Origin: Allofranklinella schreckenbergeri
Lineage (GTDB): Bacteria > Pseudomonadota > Gammaproteobacteria > Burkholderiales > Burkholderiaceae_C
Assembly (NCBI RefSeq): GCF_003703475.1
Contig: NZ_RDQM01000001.1
Coordinates: forward strand, 147,044 to 211,043
Direction: 5' to 3'
DNA length: 64,000 nt
The notes beneath the pieces were generated by a model. That model had not been told where the DNA came from and ran no database searches. It worked only from the letters and a program-made list of their open reading frames with translations. Of this stretch, positions 34,557 through 43,861 are shown piece after piece (position 1 is the stretch's first letter; every line of letters starts with the position of its first letter). Position numbers and translations under genes: made by a program.

Positions 34557-35399
34557 ATGAACGCCATGTCTTCCGCCTTGGCAGCTGCCATTGAGCACGC
34601 CTACCGTGTTTTCAGCGCCTGCCCGCCGCCTGCCGGGCTGCTGGACGTGTGCACGCGCTGCTGCGTCGATCCGGAGGTGGAACTGCAAATGCGTACCCTG
34701 CCGCTGCGGCAACTGGGGCGCGAGCATTTCTTTGACTACAACTTCTCGGCCAAGAGCGAGGTGCAGCCCGCAGCCGAAATCCGGTACCTGCTGCCGCGCA
34801 TGCTGGAGCTGATCGCCCAAGGGGTGGACATTCACCACTCGATAGAGCTTTACTTGGAACGGCTGGGCCGCTGTCCCAGAGGCAGCCTCAGCCCTACGCA
34901 ATGGCTGGCCGTGCAAGCCGTGGCACAGGCATTGTTTGCCGATTGCCTGGCCCGCTATCCGTGGGAGCGCGGCGGGCCTTGGAACGGTTGCACGCTGTTT
35001 GACGTGCTGCGCATGCTGCACATCGGCGGGCTTGACATCCAGCCCTTGCTGGATCTTTGGCTGCGCACCGCCACGCCCCAAGCCACGCTGCATTACGCCA
35101 ACGCGGCCTGGTTCGACTACTGGCTGGACGGGGGGCGCGTCAACAACGCTTTTGTTAAGGATCGGCCCGACTACATCACCTGCGTGGACAAATGGATGCG
35201 CCATGAAGCGCACCGCCTGATCTTCGCGCAACGATTGCTGGCGCTGGAGACGGCGCGCATCCCGCATTTCGATCAATGGAAATGCGGCTGTCGATTCACC
35301 CCCGCACAAGTCATCCAGAACTGCATCGACGCCATGCGCCTGGATGGGCCCGAAAGCGCCCGCCAACAGCGACCGAGCGATGAAAAAAGAAGACCATGA
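34557..35399 (+). CDS. Hypothetical protein, translationally coupled to rtcB (ATGA overlap)
   Basis: 280-aa ORF with no recognised domain. Cys-rich N-terminus (CPPPAGLLDVCTRCC). Its stop overlaps the rtcB start codon. Confidence 0.45.
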   Translation: MNAMSSALAAAIEHAYRVFSACPPPAGLLDVCTRCCVDPEVELQMRTLPLRQLGREHFFDYNFSAKSEVQPAAEIRYLLPRMLELIAQGVDIHHSIELYLERLGRCPRGSLSPTQWLAVQAVAQALFADCLARYPWERGGPWNGCTLFDVLRMLHIGGLDIQPLLDLWLRTATPQATLHYANAAWFDYWLDGGRVNNAFVKDRPDYITCVDKWMRHEAHRLIFAQRLLALETARIPHFDQWKCGCRFTPAQVIQNCIDAMRLDGPESARQQRPSDEKRRP

Positions 35400-36751
35400 A
35401 AAACCAAGAAAACCTGAACCCCGAAGCCATCCGGCAAGAGCGCCTCGCCCGCCGCCTGGCCTCCGCGCAATCGCGCCATGCGCCTGCTGAAGAAAAGCCG
35501 CAGCCCGAGATCGTGGAAATCCAGGGCGAACACGGCCAGCACCTGCAAATGCAGCAAGGCAGTGGCGCGCCCGTGAAGATGTGGACGCAAGGCGTGCCCG
35601 TGGAAGACGAAGCGCGCAAGCAGCTGCTCAACGTGGCCAGCCTGCCCATCGTGTTCAAGCACGTGGCGGTGATGCCCGATGTGCACTACGGCATTGGGGC
35701 AACCATCGGCTCGGTGGTGCCCACGCTCAAAGCCATCATCCCCGCCGCCGTGGGCGTGGACATCGGCTGCGGCATGATGGCCTGCAAGACCACGCTGACG
35801 GCCAGCGACCTGCCCGACAACCTCGCCCCTTTGCGCGCGGCCATCGAAAAAGCCGTGCCGCACGGCATGACGCCCAAAAAATACGGCCGCGACAAGGGCG
35901 GCTGGGAAACCCCGCCCGAGGAAATCGACGCCGCCTGGGCGCGGCTGGTGGATGAGTTCAACGCCATCTGCGACAAGCACCCGCGCATCCGCAGCACCAA
36001 CAACTACAAGCACCTGGGCACGCTGGGCGGCGGCAACCACTTCATCGAAATCTGCCTGGACGAGGCGCAAAGCGTGTGGATCATGCTGCACAGCGGCTCG
36101 CGCGGCGTGGGCAATGCCATCGGCACCCACTTCATCGAGCTGGCCAAGAAAGACGCCGAGCTGCACCAACGCAACCTGCCCGACGCCAATCTGGCCTACT
36201 TCGAGGAAGGCGCGCAGTACTTTGGCGACTACGTGCAGGCCGTGGGCTGGGCGCAAAAGTTTGCCTCCGCCAACCGCGAGGTGATGATGACGCGCGTCAT
36301 CCACGCGCTGCGCAACGTCATCGCCAAGCCCTTCGACACGCATGTGGAAGCGGTCAACTGCCACCACAACTACGTGCAGAAAGAAACGCACTTCGGGCAA
36401 GACGTGTTCGTCACCCGCAAGGGCGCGGTCAACGCCGAAAAGGGGCGGCTGGGCATCATCCCGGGGAGCATGGGCGCCAAAAGCTACATCGTGCGCGGCA
36501 AGGGCAACCCCGACAGCTTCAACAGCTGCAGCCACGGCGCAGGCCGCACCATGAGCCGCACCCAGGCCAAAAAGCAATTCACCGTGGCCGACCAGATCGC
36601 CGCCACCGAAGGCGTGGAATGCCGCAAGGACGAAGCCGTGATCGACGAAATCCCGATGGCCTACAAAGACATCGACGCCGTGATGGCCGCCCAGCGCGAC
36701 CTGGTGGATGTGGTGCACACGCTCAAGCAGGTGCTGTGCGTGAAGGGGTAA
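35396..36751 (+). CDS. rtcB: RNA 3'-phosphate/2',3'-cyclic phosphate ligase RtcB
   Basis: Full-length RtcB (GGGNHFIEI, SHGAGRTMSR, HNYV motifs). No rtcA downstream. Confidence 0.95.
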   Translation: MKNQENLNPEAIRQERLARRLASAQSRHAPAEEKPQPEIVEIQGEHGQHLQMQQGSGAPVKMWTQGVPVEDEARKQLLNVASLPIVFKHVAVMPDVHYGIGATIGSVVPTLKAIIPAAVGVDIGCGMMACKTTLTASDLPDNLAPLRAAIEKAVPHGMTPKKYGRDKGGWETPPEEIDAAWARLVDEFNAICDKHPRIRSTNNYKHLGTLGGGNHFIEICLDEAQSVWIMLHSGSRGVGNAIGTHFIELAKKDAELHQRNLPDANLAYFEEGAQYFGDYVQAVGWAQKFASANREVMMTRVIHALRNVIAKPFDTHVEAVNCHHNYVQKETHFGQDVFVTRKGAVNAEKGRLGIIPGSMGAKSYIVRGKGNPDSFNSCSHGAGRTMSRTQAKKQFTVADQIAATEGVECRKDEAVIDEIPMAYKDIDAVMAAQRDLVDVVHTLKQVLCVKG

Positions 36752-36859
36752 AGCAGCGCGCCGCTGCCGCTGTTGTTTGGCAGGGCCAACATGCCTGTTT
36801 TGGAGCGAGTGGCCACAGAGCTGCAACTGGTTCAGTAACCCGCCTGCAACCCACTTTAA

Positions 36860-36936
36860 ATTCCAATTCAAAGGATAAAAAAATACCTTGCTACGGCAAG
36901 GTATTCATTGATTCCATTTTCCTTATTGGAAAACAC
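36860..36936. repeat. AT-rich palindromic intergenic repeat, copy G
   Basis: ttccaattcaaaggataaaaaaat .. accttgctacggcaaggtat .. tccattttccttattggaa. Confidence 0.6.
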
Positions 36937-36948
36937 TAGACCACACGC

Positions 36949-37461
36949 CTATAAGCCCAGCATCCTGGCAAGCCAGCCCTTCTGCGGCGCCTCAACGGCG
37001 GCGGGCGCAACCGCCACTGGCTCGGGCTGTGGGGCGGGCGCCAGCCCTTGCTTGATGAGCGCTTTGCGCTGGTAGGCCAGCACCGCCTCCACATAGCCGT
37101 GGTCTTCGTTGCGGATGTGGTTGAACAGCCAGCGCGAGAGCATGCCATGCAGCTCCTCGCTCACATCCTCGCCGCTGTCAAAGCGGCTTTGCATCTCGGC
37201 CACCCTGCGCGTGAACAGCTCGTGCACCTTTTTATGCGGGCCGCTGAAGACGTAGCCTGCCTCCTCGATCAGCGCCTCCTCAAAAGCGAAGTGGGAAATG
37301 GTGTAGTCCACCATCTCCGCAATCACTTCGCCCAGGCGCTGGCGATCGGGCGTTTGCCGCACCTCGTGCAGCATGTTGATGTATTCGACAATGCGCCGAT
37401 GCTGGCCGTCGATTTCGGCAATGCCGGTATCCATATCCGGCGTCCATTCAAGAGTACTCAT
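36949..37461 (-). CDS. Bacteriohemerythrin
   Basis: Hemerythrin HHE cation-binding motifs (IDGQHRRIVEYIN, H..FAFEE, HIRNED). Start refined to MSTLEWTPD; the longer ORF 36949..37821 is an over-extension. Confidence 0.8.
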   Translation of the reverse strand: MSTLEWTPDMDTGIAEIDGQHRRIVEYINMLHEVRQTPDRQRLGEVIAEMVDYTISHFAFEEALIEEAGYVFSGPHKKVHELFTRRVAEMQSRFDSGEDVSEELHGMLSRWLFNHIRNEDHGYVEAVLAYQRKALIKQGLAPAPQPEPVAVAPAAVEAPQKGWLARMLGL

Positions 37462-37633
37462 GACAATGCTGTGGTGAAAACAAAAAGCGCGCACACGCAC
37501 GCATCGGCATGCCACTTTGTGTCGCGGCGCGGATTTTCTTACATTTTTTTGACGTTCTTGCCAATGGCATACCTCGCTGCTCGGAGACTGCCAGCCAGCC
37601 ATCGTGCAGTTGTGGTATGGGATAGCCCCCATC

Positions 37634-38659
37634 ATGCTCAAGCTCACTTTTCTTGGCACATCCGCAGGCGTGCCCACACGCACGCGCAATGTCTCCGCCC
37701 TGGCCGTACATGTCCCCATGACCGGGCCAGGCTGGTACCTGGTCGATTGCGGCGAAGGCACGCAACAGCAATTGCAACGCGCCCATTTATCGCTGCACCA
37801 TCTGGCCGCCGTGTGCATCACCCACGTGCACGGCGACCATTGCTATGGCCTGCCTGGCCTGCTGGCCAGCGCCGGGCTGGGCCAGCGCCAGCGGCCCTTG
37901 CACCTGATTGCCCCGCCGCCCGTGTGGCAGTGGTTGCAGGCCACCCAGCAATGCACGGACTTGCATTTGCCCTATGCCCTGACCTTCACCGACATCGTCA
38001 CGCTGCGCGAGCAGCCCTTGCATCTGGCCGCCAGCGGGCCAACATCACTGCGCCTGAGCGCCCACCCGCAACGGCACCGCTCGCCCAGCCACGCCTTTCG
38101 TTTTGAACTGCAACAGCGCCAGGCCAAGCTCGACGCCGCCGCGCTGCACGCCATCGGCCTGCCCCCAGGCCCCGCGTGGCGCGCGTTGCAAAGCGGGCAG
38201 AGCGTGATGCACCAGGGCCGCCCGTTGCACAGCCACGATTTCGTGCACACCCACACGCGCCACCTGGCTGCCGTGCTGGGCGGCGACAACGCCCAGCCCG
38301 ATGTGCTGCGCAGCGCCTGCCAAGGTGCGCAACTGCTGGTGCATGAGGCCACCTACAGCCAGGCCGCGCTGCAAAAAGCCGGGCCAAACCCCATGCACAG
38401 CAGCGCGCACGCGGCTGCCAGCTTCGCCCAGTCGGCCAACCTGCCCAATCTCATCCTCACCCACTTCAGCCCACGTCACCACAGCCAGGCCGAGCAACGC
38501 CTGCTCATGCAAGAGGTACGCGCTGCCTACGGTGGCAACGCCTTTTTGGCACAAGACTTTGATCAGTTCACGCTGGATTTCGATGGCGGCCTGCACCGAC
38601 ACACCCTGCCGGCGCAACCGGGCACGCAGCCCACAAGCGCCTGCGCACAACCGCGATAG
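37634..38659 (+). CDS. rnz: Ribonuclease Z / RNase BN (metallo-beta-lactamase fold, tRNA 3'-processing endonuclease)
   Basis: MLKLTFLGTSAGVPTRTRNVSA N-terminus and HVHGDH zinc motif. About 340 aa, short-form RNase Z. Confidence 0.8.
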   Translation: MLKLTFLGTSAGVPTRTRNVSALAVHVPMTGPGWYLVDCGEGTQQQLQRAHLSLHHLAAVCITHVHGDHCYGLPGLLASAGLGQRQRPLHLIAPPPVWQWLQATQQCTDLHLPYALTFTDIVTLREQPLHLAASGPTSLRLSAHPQRHRSPSHAFRFELQQRQAKLDAAALHAIGLPPGPAWRALQSGQSVMHQGRPLHSHDFVHTHTRHLAAVLGGDNAQPDVLRSACQGAQLLVHEATYSQAALQKAGPNPMHSSAHAAASFAQSANLPNLILTHFSPRHHSQAEQRLLMQEVRAAYGGNAFLAQDFDQFTLDFDGGLHRHTLPAQPGTQPTSACAQPR

Positions 38660-38739
38660 CGCAACGCCCCATCGGTTTTTGGCAGGGCGGGCACAATGGC
38701 GGTTTTTTTCAATTTTTCCCCTCTCATTTCAAGCCTGTC

Positions 38740-39447
38740 ATGAGCCAAAACCACGATACCCCCACACGCCCGGCAGCCTCGCCCATCCCCGCAACCGCGC
38801 CAAGCGCATTCCCCGCCGACATCTACACCGAGCCACGCGGGGATGTGGACACACTGGCCAATCTGGGGCCGCTGGCACGCATGGCCGGCGTCTGGCAAGG
38901 CACGCGCGGGGTGGATGTCAAGCCCAAAGCGCAGGGGCCGAAAACCCAAGACTATGTTGAGCGCATCGAGCTGCAACCCATCGACGCACAAACCAATGGC
39001 CCGCAGTTGTTCTACGGTTTGCGCTACCACACCCACATCACCAAGCCCGATCAAGTCAAGACCTACCACGACCAAACCGGCCATTGGCTGTGGGAACCTG
39101 CCACGCACACCGTCATCCACACCTTGAGTATTCCGCGTGGCATGGTGGTGATGGCGGGCGGCATCGTCGCCCCCGATGCCGATGAGTTCGAGCTGGTTGC
39201 GCGCCTGGGCGACCCGGTCTTTGGCATCTGCTCCAACCCGTTTCTGGACCACGCCTTCAAAACCGTGGAGTTCCGCATCCAAGTCGGCTTCAACGCCGAC
39301 GGCTCCTGGTGGTACGACGAAGATACGGTGATGCAAATCCTGGGGCAAAGCGAGCTGTTTCACCACACCGACCGCAACCACCTGACCAAAATCGCCGATG
39401 CCACCCCCAACCCCCTGGCGTTGGCGGCACAGCAAGGTGCGCAATAA
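38740..39447 (+). CDS. Heme-binding beta-barrel (nitrobindin/THAP4-like, DUF1794) domain protein
   Basis: LGPLARMAGVWQGTRG motif and an overall length consistent with the nitrobindin-like lipocalin fold. Pro/Ala-rich N-terminus. Confidence 0.5.
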   Translation: MSQNHDTPTRPAASPIPATAPSAFPADIYTEPRGDVDTLANLGPLARMAGVWQGTRGVDVKPKAQGPKTQDYVERIELQPIDAQTNGPQLFYGLRYHTHITKPDQVKTYHDQTGHWLWEPATHTVIHTLSIPRGMVVMAGGIVAPDADEFELVARLGDPVFGICSNPFLDHAFKTVEFRIQVGFNADGSWWYDEDTVMQILGQSELFHHTDRNHLTKIADATPNPLALAAQQGAQ

Positions 39448-39520
39448 AACAAATCAAAGGAAATAATCATCCTTTATTAAAATACCGAAACAAGGATGTT
39501 TTATTTCCTTTGATATAGAA
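39448..39520. repeat. AT-rich palindromic intergenic repeat, copy H
   Basis: aaatcaaaggaaataatcatcc .. ataccgaaacaaggatg .. ttttatttcctttgatatag. Confidence 0.6.
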
Positions 39521-39538
39521 ATACCTGAGCAAAACGCC

Positions 39539-40384
39539 ATGCAGCCCTCCCTGCTGTGCGAACACCGCGTCGATCCTGAGCAACGCCAGCGCATTCTCGA
39601 GGCCCTGGCGCAGATTGAGCGCACGCACGACGTGCGCGTACTGTTTGCATGCGAGTCCGGTAGCCGCGCCTGGGGCTTTGCCTCGCCCGACAGCGACTAC
39701 GACGTGCGCTTTATCTACGTGCACCGCCTGCCCTGGTACGTCAGCGTAATGGCGCAGCGCGATGTGATTGAGCTGCCCATGGACGCTGTGCTGGATGTCA
39801 ACGGCTGGGATTTGCGCAAAGCCCTGGGCTTGCTGCACCAATCCAACCCCACGCTGCTGGAGTGGTTGCGCTCGCCCATCGTCTATCGGCAGGACGAGGC
39901 CGCCATGGCCGATTTGCACGCGCTGGCGCACACGCATTTCTCGCGCGTGCGCGGCTGGTACCACTACGCCAGCATGGCGAAAAAGAACTTCCGCGAATAC
40001 CTGCAAGGCCCGCAGGTGCGCACCAAGAAATACCTGTACGTGCTGCGCCCGCTGCTGGCCGCGCGCTGGATTGAGCAGCACGCGACAGGCACGCCGCCCA
40101 TGGTGTTTGCCGAGCTGGCGCGCCAGACGCTGGATGCGCAGCGCGACGCCGCGCTGCTGGAGGCGATCAACGATTTGCTGGCCCTCAAGATGCGCGCTGG
40201 CGAAGCGGCTTTAGGCCCGCGCCGCCCGGCGCTGCACGCCTTCATCACCCAAGAGCTGGAGCGCCACGCCGCCCATGCGCTGCAAGCGCCGGCTCCGAGC
40301 GGCGACGCTTCGGCTTTGGACGCCTTTCTCTATCGCCATGCTTGCCGCTTTGAAGCCCAGGCGACGACGCATGACAGCCCCTGA
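39539..40384 (+). CDS. Predicted nucleotidyltransferase (Pol-beta superfamily, PF10127-like)
   Basis: GSRAWGFASPDSDYDVRFIY matches the GS..(D/E)xD nucleotidyltransferase motif. 281 aa. Confidence 0.55.
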   Translation: MQPSLLCEHRVDPEQRQRILEALAQIERTHDVRVLFACESGSRAWGFASPDSDYDVRFIYVHRLPWYVSVMAQRDVIELPMDAVLDVNGWDLRKALGLLHQSNPTLLEWLRSPIVYRQDEAAMADLHALAHTHFSRVRGWYHYASMAKKNFREYLQGPQVRTKKYLYVLRPLLAARWIEQHATGTPPMVFAELARQTLDAQRDAALLEAINDLLALKMRAGEAALGPRRPALHAFITQELERHAAHALQAPAPSGDASALDAFLYRHACRFEAQATTHDSP

Positions 40385-40385
40385 A

Positions 40386-40466
40386 TTTTACAAAACAATA
40401 TAAAAACTATTTGAATACAGAATTGCCTAAATAAGGCAATTTTTTGTATTTTTGATATAGAAAATA
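40386..40466. repeat. AT-rich palindromic intergenic repeat, copy I (diverged)
   Basis: tttacaaaacaatataaaaac .. aattgcctaaataaggcaatt .. ttttgtatttttgatatag. Confidence 0.5.
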
Positions 40467-40570
40467 ACCCGGGAATGCACCTCGCACCCTGGCGGGCACG
40501 GTGCGCGATGGCGCCATGAGTCGGCAAGGGCGGCCAAAGTTTGGCTACAGCCACTTCGCGCCAGCCAACG

Positions 40571-42073
40571 CTACGCCCCCTGCCCTCTTTCAACCAAGTG
40601 CAGCGCCAGGCCGTACTTCTCCCACACCAGCGCCTCTTCTTGCAGCAGAAAGTGCGAGCGGGGGTGCTGCTGCGCCCAGGCCGCGTCCACATGCACTTCC
40701 AGGCGGTTTTTGCCCAGACGCCAGCCGATGGCGTCCAGCTCGGGCATGCGGCGCGCGTGGCACAGCAGCACGGCCAGGCGCAGGCACAGCAGTTGGCGGG
40801 CAAACACGGCATCGGCGGCGATGTCCTGCGCCACTTTTTTCAGCTTGCCGCGGTGGCCCACGATCAGGCTGGCCATGCGCTCGCGCTCGGAGGGCAAAAA
40901 GCCGGGGCAGTCGCCAAAGCGCAGGATGTAGGCGCCGTGGTGGTGAAAGCGCTCGTGCGCGATGCTGATGCCGATTTCGTGCAGTTGGCTGACCCAGCGC
41001 AGCAGTTGCAAATCGTCCGCCCGGCCCTGGCCGTCGTCCACTGCCAGCCAGATGGCCTCAGCCACTTCGGCCACGCGCTCGCCCTGGGCTTTGTCGTAGC
41101 CAAAGCGCTGGATCAGGCTGGCTACGGAGTTGTGGCGGATGTCGCGCTGTTTGGCGTCGTGGTCGTCGCGCTGCACCAAATCGAGCAGCGCGCCCTGGCG
41201 CAGCGCGCCGTCGGAGGCTTGCATGGCCTGGATGCCGAACATGCGCATGAGCGCCAGCAGCAGGGAGATGCCCCCGCCTATCACCGGCTTGCGGTCTTCG
41301 CGCAGCCCTTCAAATTGCAGGCGATCGACGTGCTGGGCTTCGATCAGCAGGCTTTTCAGGCGCTCCACGCCCGCGAGGGTGAGGCCCGGCTCACCCAGCG
41401 ATTGCAGCACCTGGTTGACCGCGCCCATGGTGCCCGAAGCGCCATAGACGTGCTGGCGGGGATAGGGGTCAAAGCGCTCCAGGTATTCCTCGATCACCGC
41501 GCTGGCGGCCACTTCGGCTTTGGCAAAAGCTTTGGCGCTGAGCTTGCCCTCGGCGAAAAAACGCTGCGACCAGGAGACGCTGCCAAAGGGCAGCGAGACG
41601 GCCTCCAGCGAGCGCTGGCCCACGCCAGCGATGACTTCGGTAGAGCGCCCGCCAATGTCGATCACCAGGCGCTGCTCGTGCACGTTGCGCGGCAGCAGAT
41701 AGGACACGCCCTGGTAGATCAGGCGCGCCTCCTCCTGCCCGGAGATGACTTCGATGGGATGGCCCAGCAATTGCTGGCCGCGGGCGATGAATTCGGCGCG
41801 GTTTCTGGCCTCGCGCAAGGTTTGCGTGGCCAGCGCGCTGACTTGCTCGGGCCGAAAGCCGCGCAGCCGCTCGCCAAAGCGGGCCAGGCACTGCCAGCCG
41901 CGCTCCATGGCCTCGCGGCTGAGGTAGTTGTCACCATCCAGGCCAGCGCCTTGGCGCACCGTCTCCTTCAAATACTCCACGCGCTGCAAATGGCCGTTGT
42001 GCAAGATGCTGATTTCAAGGCGGAAGCTGTTGGAGCCCAAGTCCACCGCCGCCAGGCGTTCGCCGTCTTTCAT
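40571..42073 (-). CDS. ppx: Exopolyphosphatase / guanosine pentaphosphate phosphohydrolase (Ppx/GppA family)
   Basis: N-terminal actin-like ATPase fold (AAVDLGSNSFRLEI..) plus a C-terminal HD-like domain; 500 aa. Confidence 0.88.
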   Translation of the reverse strand: MKDGERLAAVDLGSNSFRLEISILHNGHLQRVEYLKETVRQGAGLDGDNYLSREAMERGWQCLARFGERLRGFRPEQVSALATQTLREARNRAEFIARGQQLLGHPIEVISGQEEARLIYQGVSYLLPRNVHEQRLVIDIGGRSTEVIAGVGQRSLEAVSLPFGSVSWSQRFFAEGKLSAKAFAKAEVAASAVIEEYLERFDPYPRQHVYGASGTMGAVNQVLQSLGEPGLTLAGVERLKSLLIEAQHVDRLQFEGLREDRKPVIGGGISLLLALMRMFGIQAMQASDGALRQGALLDLVQRDDHDAKQRDIRHNSVASLIQRFGYDKAQGERVAEVAEAIWLAVDDGQGRADDLQLLRWVSQLHEIGISIAHERFHHHGAYILRFGDCPGFLPSERERMASLIVGHRGKLKKVAQDIAADAVFARQLLCLRLAVLLCHARRMPELDAIGWRLGKNRLEVHVDAAWAQQHPRSHFLLQEEALVWEKYGLALHLVERGQGA

Positions 42074-42307
42074 GGCTTTTCAAGGGGCAAAAGCGGCCGA
42101 TTCTAGAGCGTGTTATGAACTTTGCGCCCCCCGAGAAAACGCCCAGCCGCGCCCGGGGCGATTTGCCCACATTCGCGGTGCAAAAAGCTGTGGATAAGGG
42201 GTTGGTAGCGCTGGGATGGCCCTATGAGCGCAGTTGGCGTGCCGCTTTTTTAGGCAGGGCTTGCGCAAGCGCTGCCTGCCTGGGCCAGCCTTGGGCGCCT
42301 TGACCGT

Positions 42308-43759
42308 TCAGCGCCCTTGCAGCAGGCGCTCTTTGCGCTGGCGCTCGGCCTCGGCTTCGGCCAGGGCGGCGGGCGTCATCAGGCGCGTGGAGGGCAAATC
42401 GATTTGAAAGCACGAACCTTCGCCGACGGTGCTCTGGATGCGCAAATCCCCGCCGTGGCGCTGGGCCACGTGTTTGACGATGGCCAACCCCAGGCCGGTG
42501 CCGCCGGTTTCGCGCGAGCGGCTGCGATCCACCCGGTAAAACCGCTCGGCCAGGCGCGGCAGGTGCTCGGGCGCGATGCCCGGGCCGGTGTCGCGCACGG
42601 CAAAGCTGGCGCTGCCGTCGGGCCGCCAACGCCAGAGCAGCTCGATCACGCCGCCCGCAGGCGTGTAGCGCACGGCGTTGGCCACCAGATTGGCAAATGC
42701 GCTGTGCAGCTCTTTTTCCACGCCTGCCAGTTGGCCCATGACGGGCCAGGCCTGCGGCTGGGCGGCATCCAGCGCGCTCAGGTCGTGGCGCTGGCCGCGC
42801 TCATCTTCGTAGTACAGGTGCACGGCGTGCACGGGGGCATCGGCCTCGGGCGCAAGCGCGCACGAGAGGGCCTGCGCCTCGTCACGGCAACCGCGCAGCA
42901 GCGCGGTCATGTCCACGCATTCGCTCAAATCGGGCAGCGGGCTGCCTTCCAGGCGAGAGAGCATGAGCAAGTCTTCCACCAGCAGTTGCATGCGCCGCGC
43001 TTGCTGCTGCATGCGCGCGTAGTACTGCTCGCGCTCGGCCTGCTCCAGCGGCAGGGTTTGCAGGGTTTCAACGTAACCGGCAAAAATCGTCAGCGGGGTG
43101 CGGATTTCGTGCGAGACGTTGGCGATGAAGTCGCGCCGCATGGCATCGGCGTGCTGCAAGTGGGTGATGTCGCTGGAGAGCAGCAGGCGCTTGCCGCCTT
43201 CGCCATAGGGGAAGATCTGGATCGCCAAGCGCCTGCGGCCCATGTCCGAGAGGCTGACGCTGCGCCCGTCCATCCTGAGCACTTCGCGAAAGTCGCCCAC
43301 CGCGCAGTAGCTGGCCAATTCGGGGTCGCGCACCAGCGTCAGCAGGTTTTGGCCTTCATCCCTGGGGTTGAGGCCAAAGTGCTCGCAACTCATGCGGTTG
43401 AGCCATGCGATGTGCCAATCGGCTTCGAGCAGCACCACGCCGTTGGGCGAGGCTTGCACTGCCATGCGCAGCTCATCAAGGCTGGAGCTCAGGCGCTCCA
43501 GGCGCACTTGCTGCTTGCGCTGTTGCTTGCGCCAAAAGTATTGCAAATCGGCCCACAGGCCCACGAAGCGGCGCGGCGCGGCGCCCTCCTCCCTGGCCCA
43601 GCGGTGAAAGTGCATGCCCTGCCACAGCCAGCCCAGCCACCACAGCCACGCCGCCGCCAGCGCCGCCGCCAGAAGGTGCAGCCAGGAGGGCGACCACCAC
43701 AGCGTCGCCAGCACGGCAACGATTTGCAGGATTACGAAGTTCATCCACATCATGGGCAC
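42308..43759 (-). CDS. phoR: PhoR-like phosphate-sensing histidine kinase (TM, PAS, HisKA, HATPase)
   Basis: DFIANVSHEIRTPL H-box, PAS region, N/G1/G2 boxes. Immediately upstream of ppx. No response regulator adjacent. Confidence 0.75.
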   Translation of the reverse strand: MPMMWMNFVILQIVAVLATLWWSPSWLHLLAAALAAAWLWWLGWLWQGMHFHRWAREEGAAPRRFVGLWADLQYFWRKQQRKQQVRLERLSSSLDELRMAVQASPNGVVLLEADWHIAWLNRMSCEHFGLNPRDEGQNLLTLVRDPELASYCAVGDFREVLRMDGRSVSLSDMGRRRLAIQIFPYGEGGKRLLLSSDITHLQHADAMRRDFIANVSHEIRTPLTIFAGYVETLQTLPLEQAEREQYYARMQQQARRMQLLVEDLLMLSRLEGSPLPDLSECVDMTALLRGCRDEAQALSCALAPEADAPVHAVHLYYEDERGQRHDLSALDAAQPQAWPVMGQLAGVEKELHSAFANLVANAVRYTPAGGVIELLWRWRPDGSASFAVRDTGPGIAPEHLPRLAERFYRVDRSRSRETGGTGLGLAIVKHVAQRHGGDLRIQSTVGEGSCFQIDLPSTRLMTPAALAEAEAERQRKERLLQGR

Positions 43760-43861
43760 ATCCTAATCGCGCCAGGCCCGGCCCCGGGGCGCGCCAGGGC
43801 GTGCAGCGCGCCAAATGGGCGCACATAGCCTGCCAACGCCACAGCCCGCCAGGGCTCTTAT

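Noticed and set aside
30470-35395. Integrated genomic island with an integrase in the rtcR-rtcB interval
   Set aside because: tRNA-fragment scars exist, but there is no integrase, transposase or phage gene in the interval (XerC at 45318 is the chromosomal dif recombinase). Mobility is only inferred from the scars.
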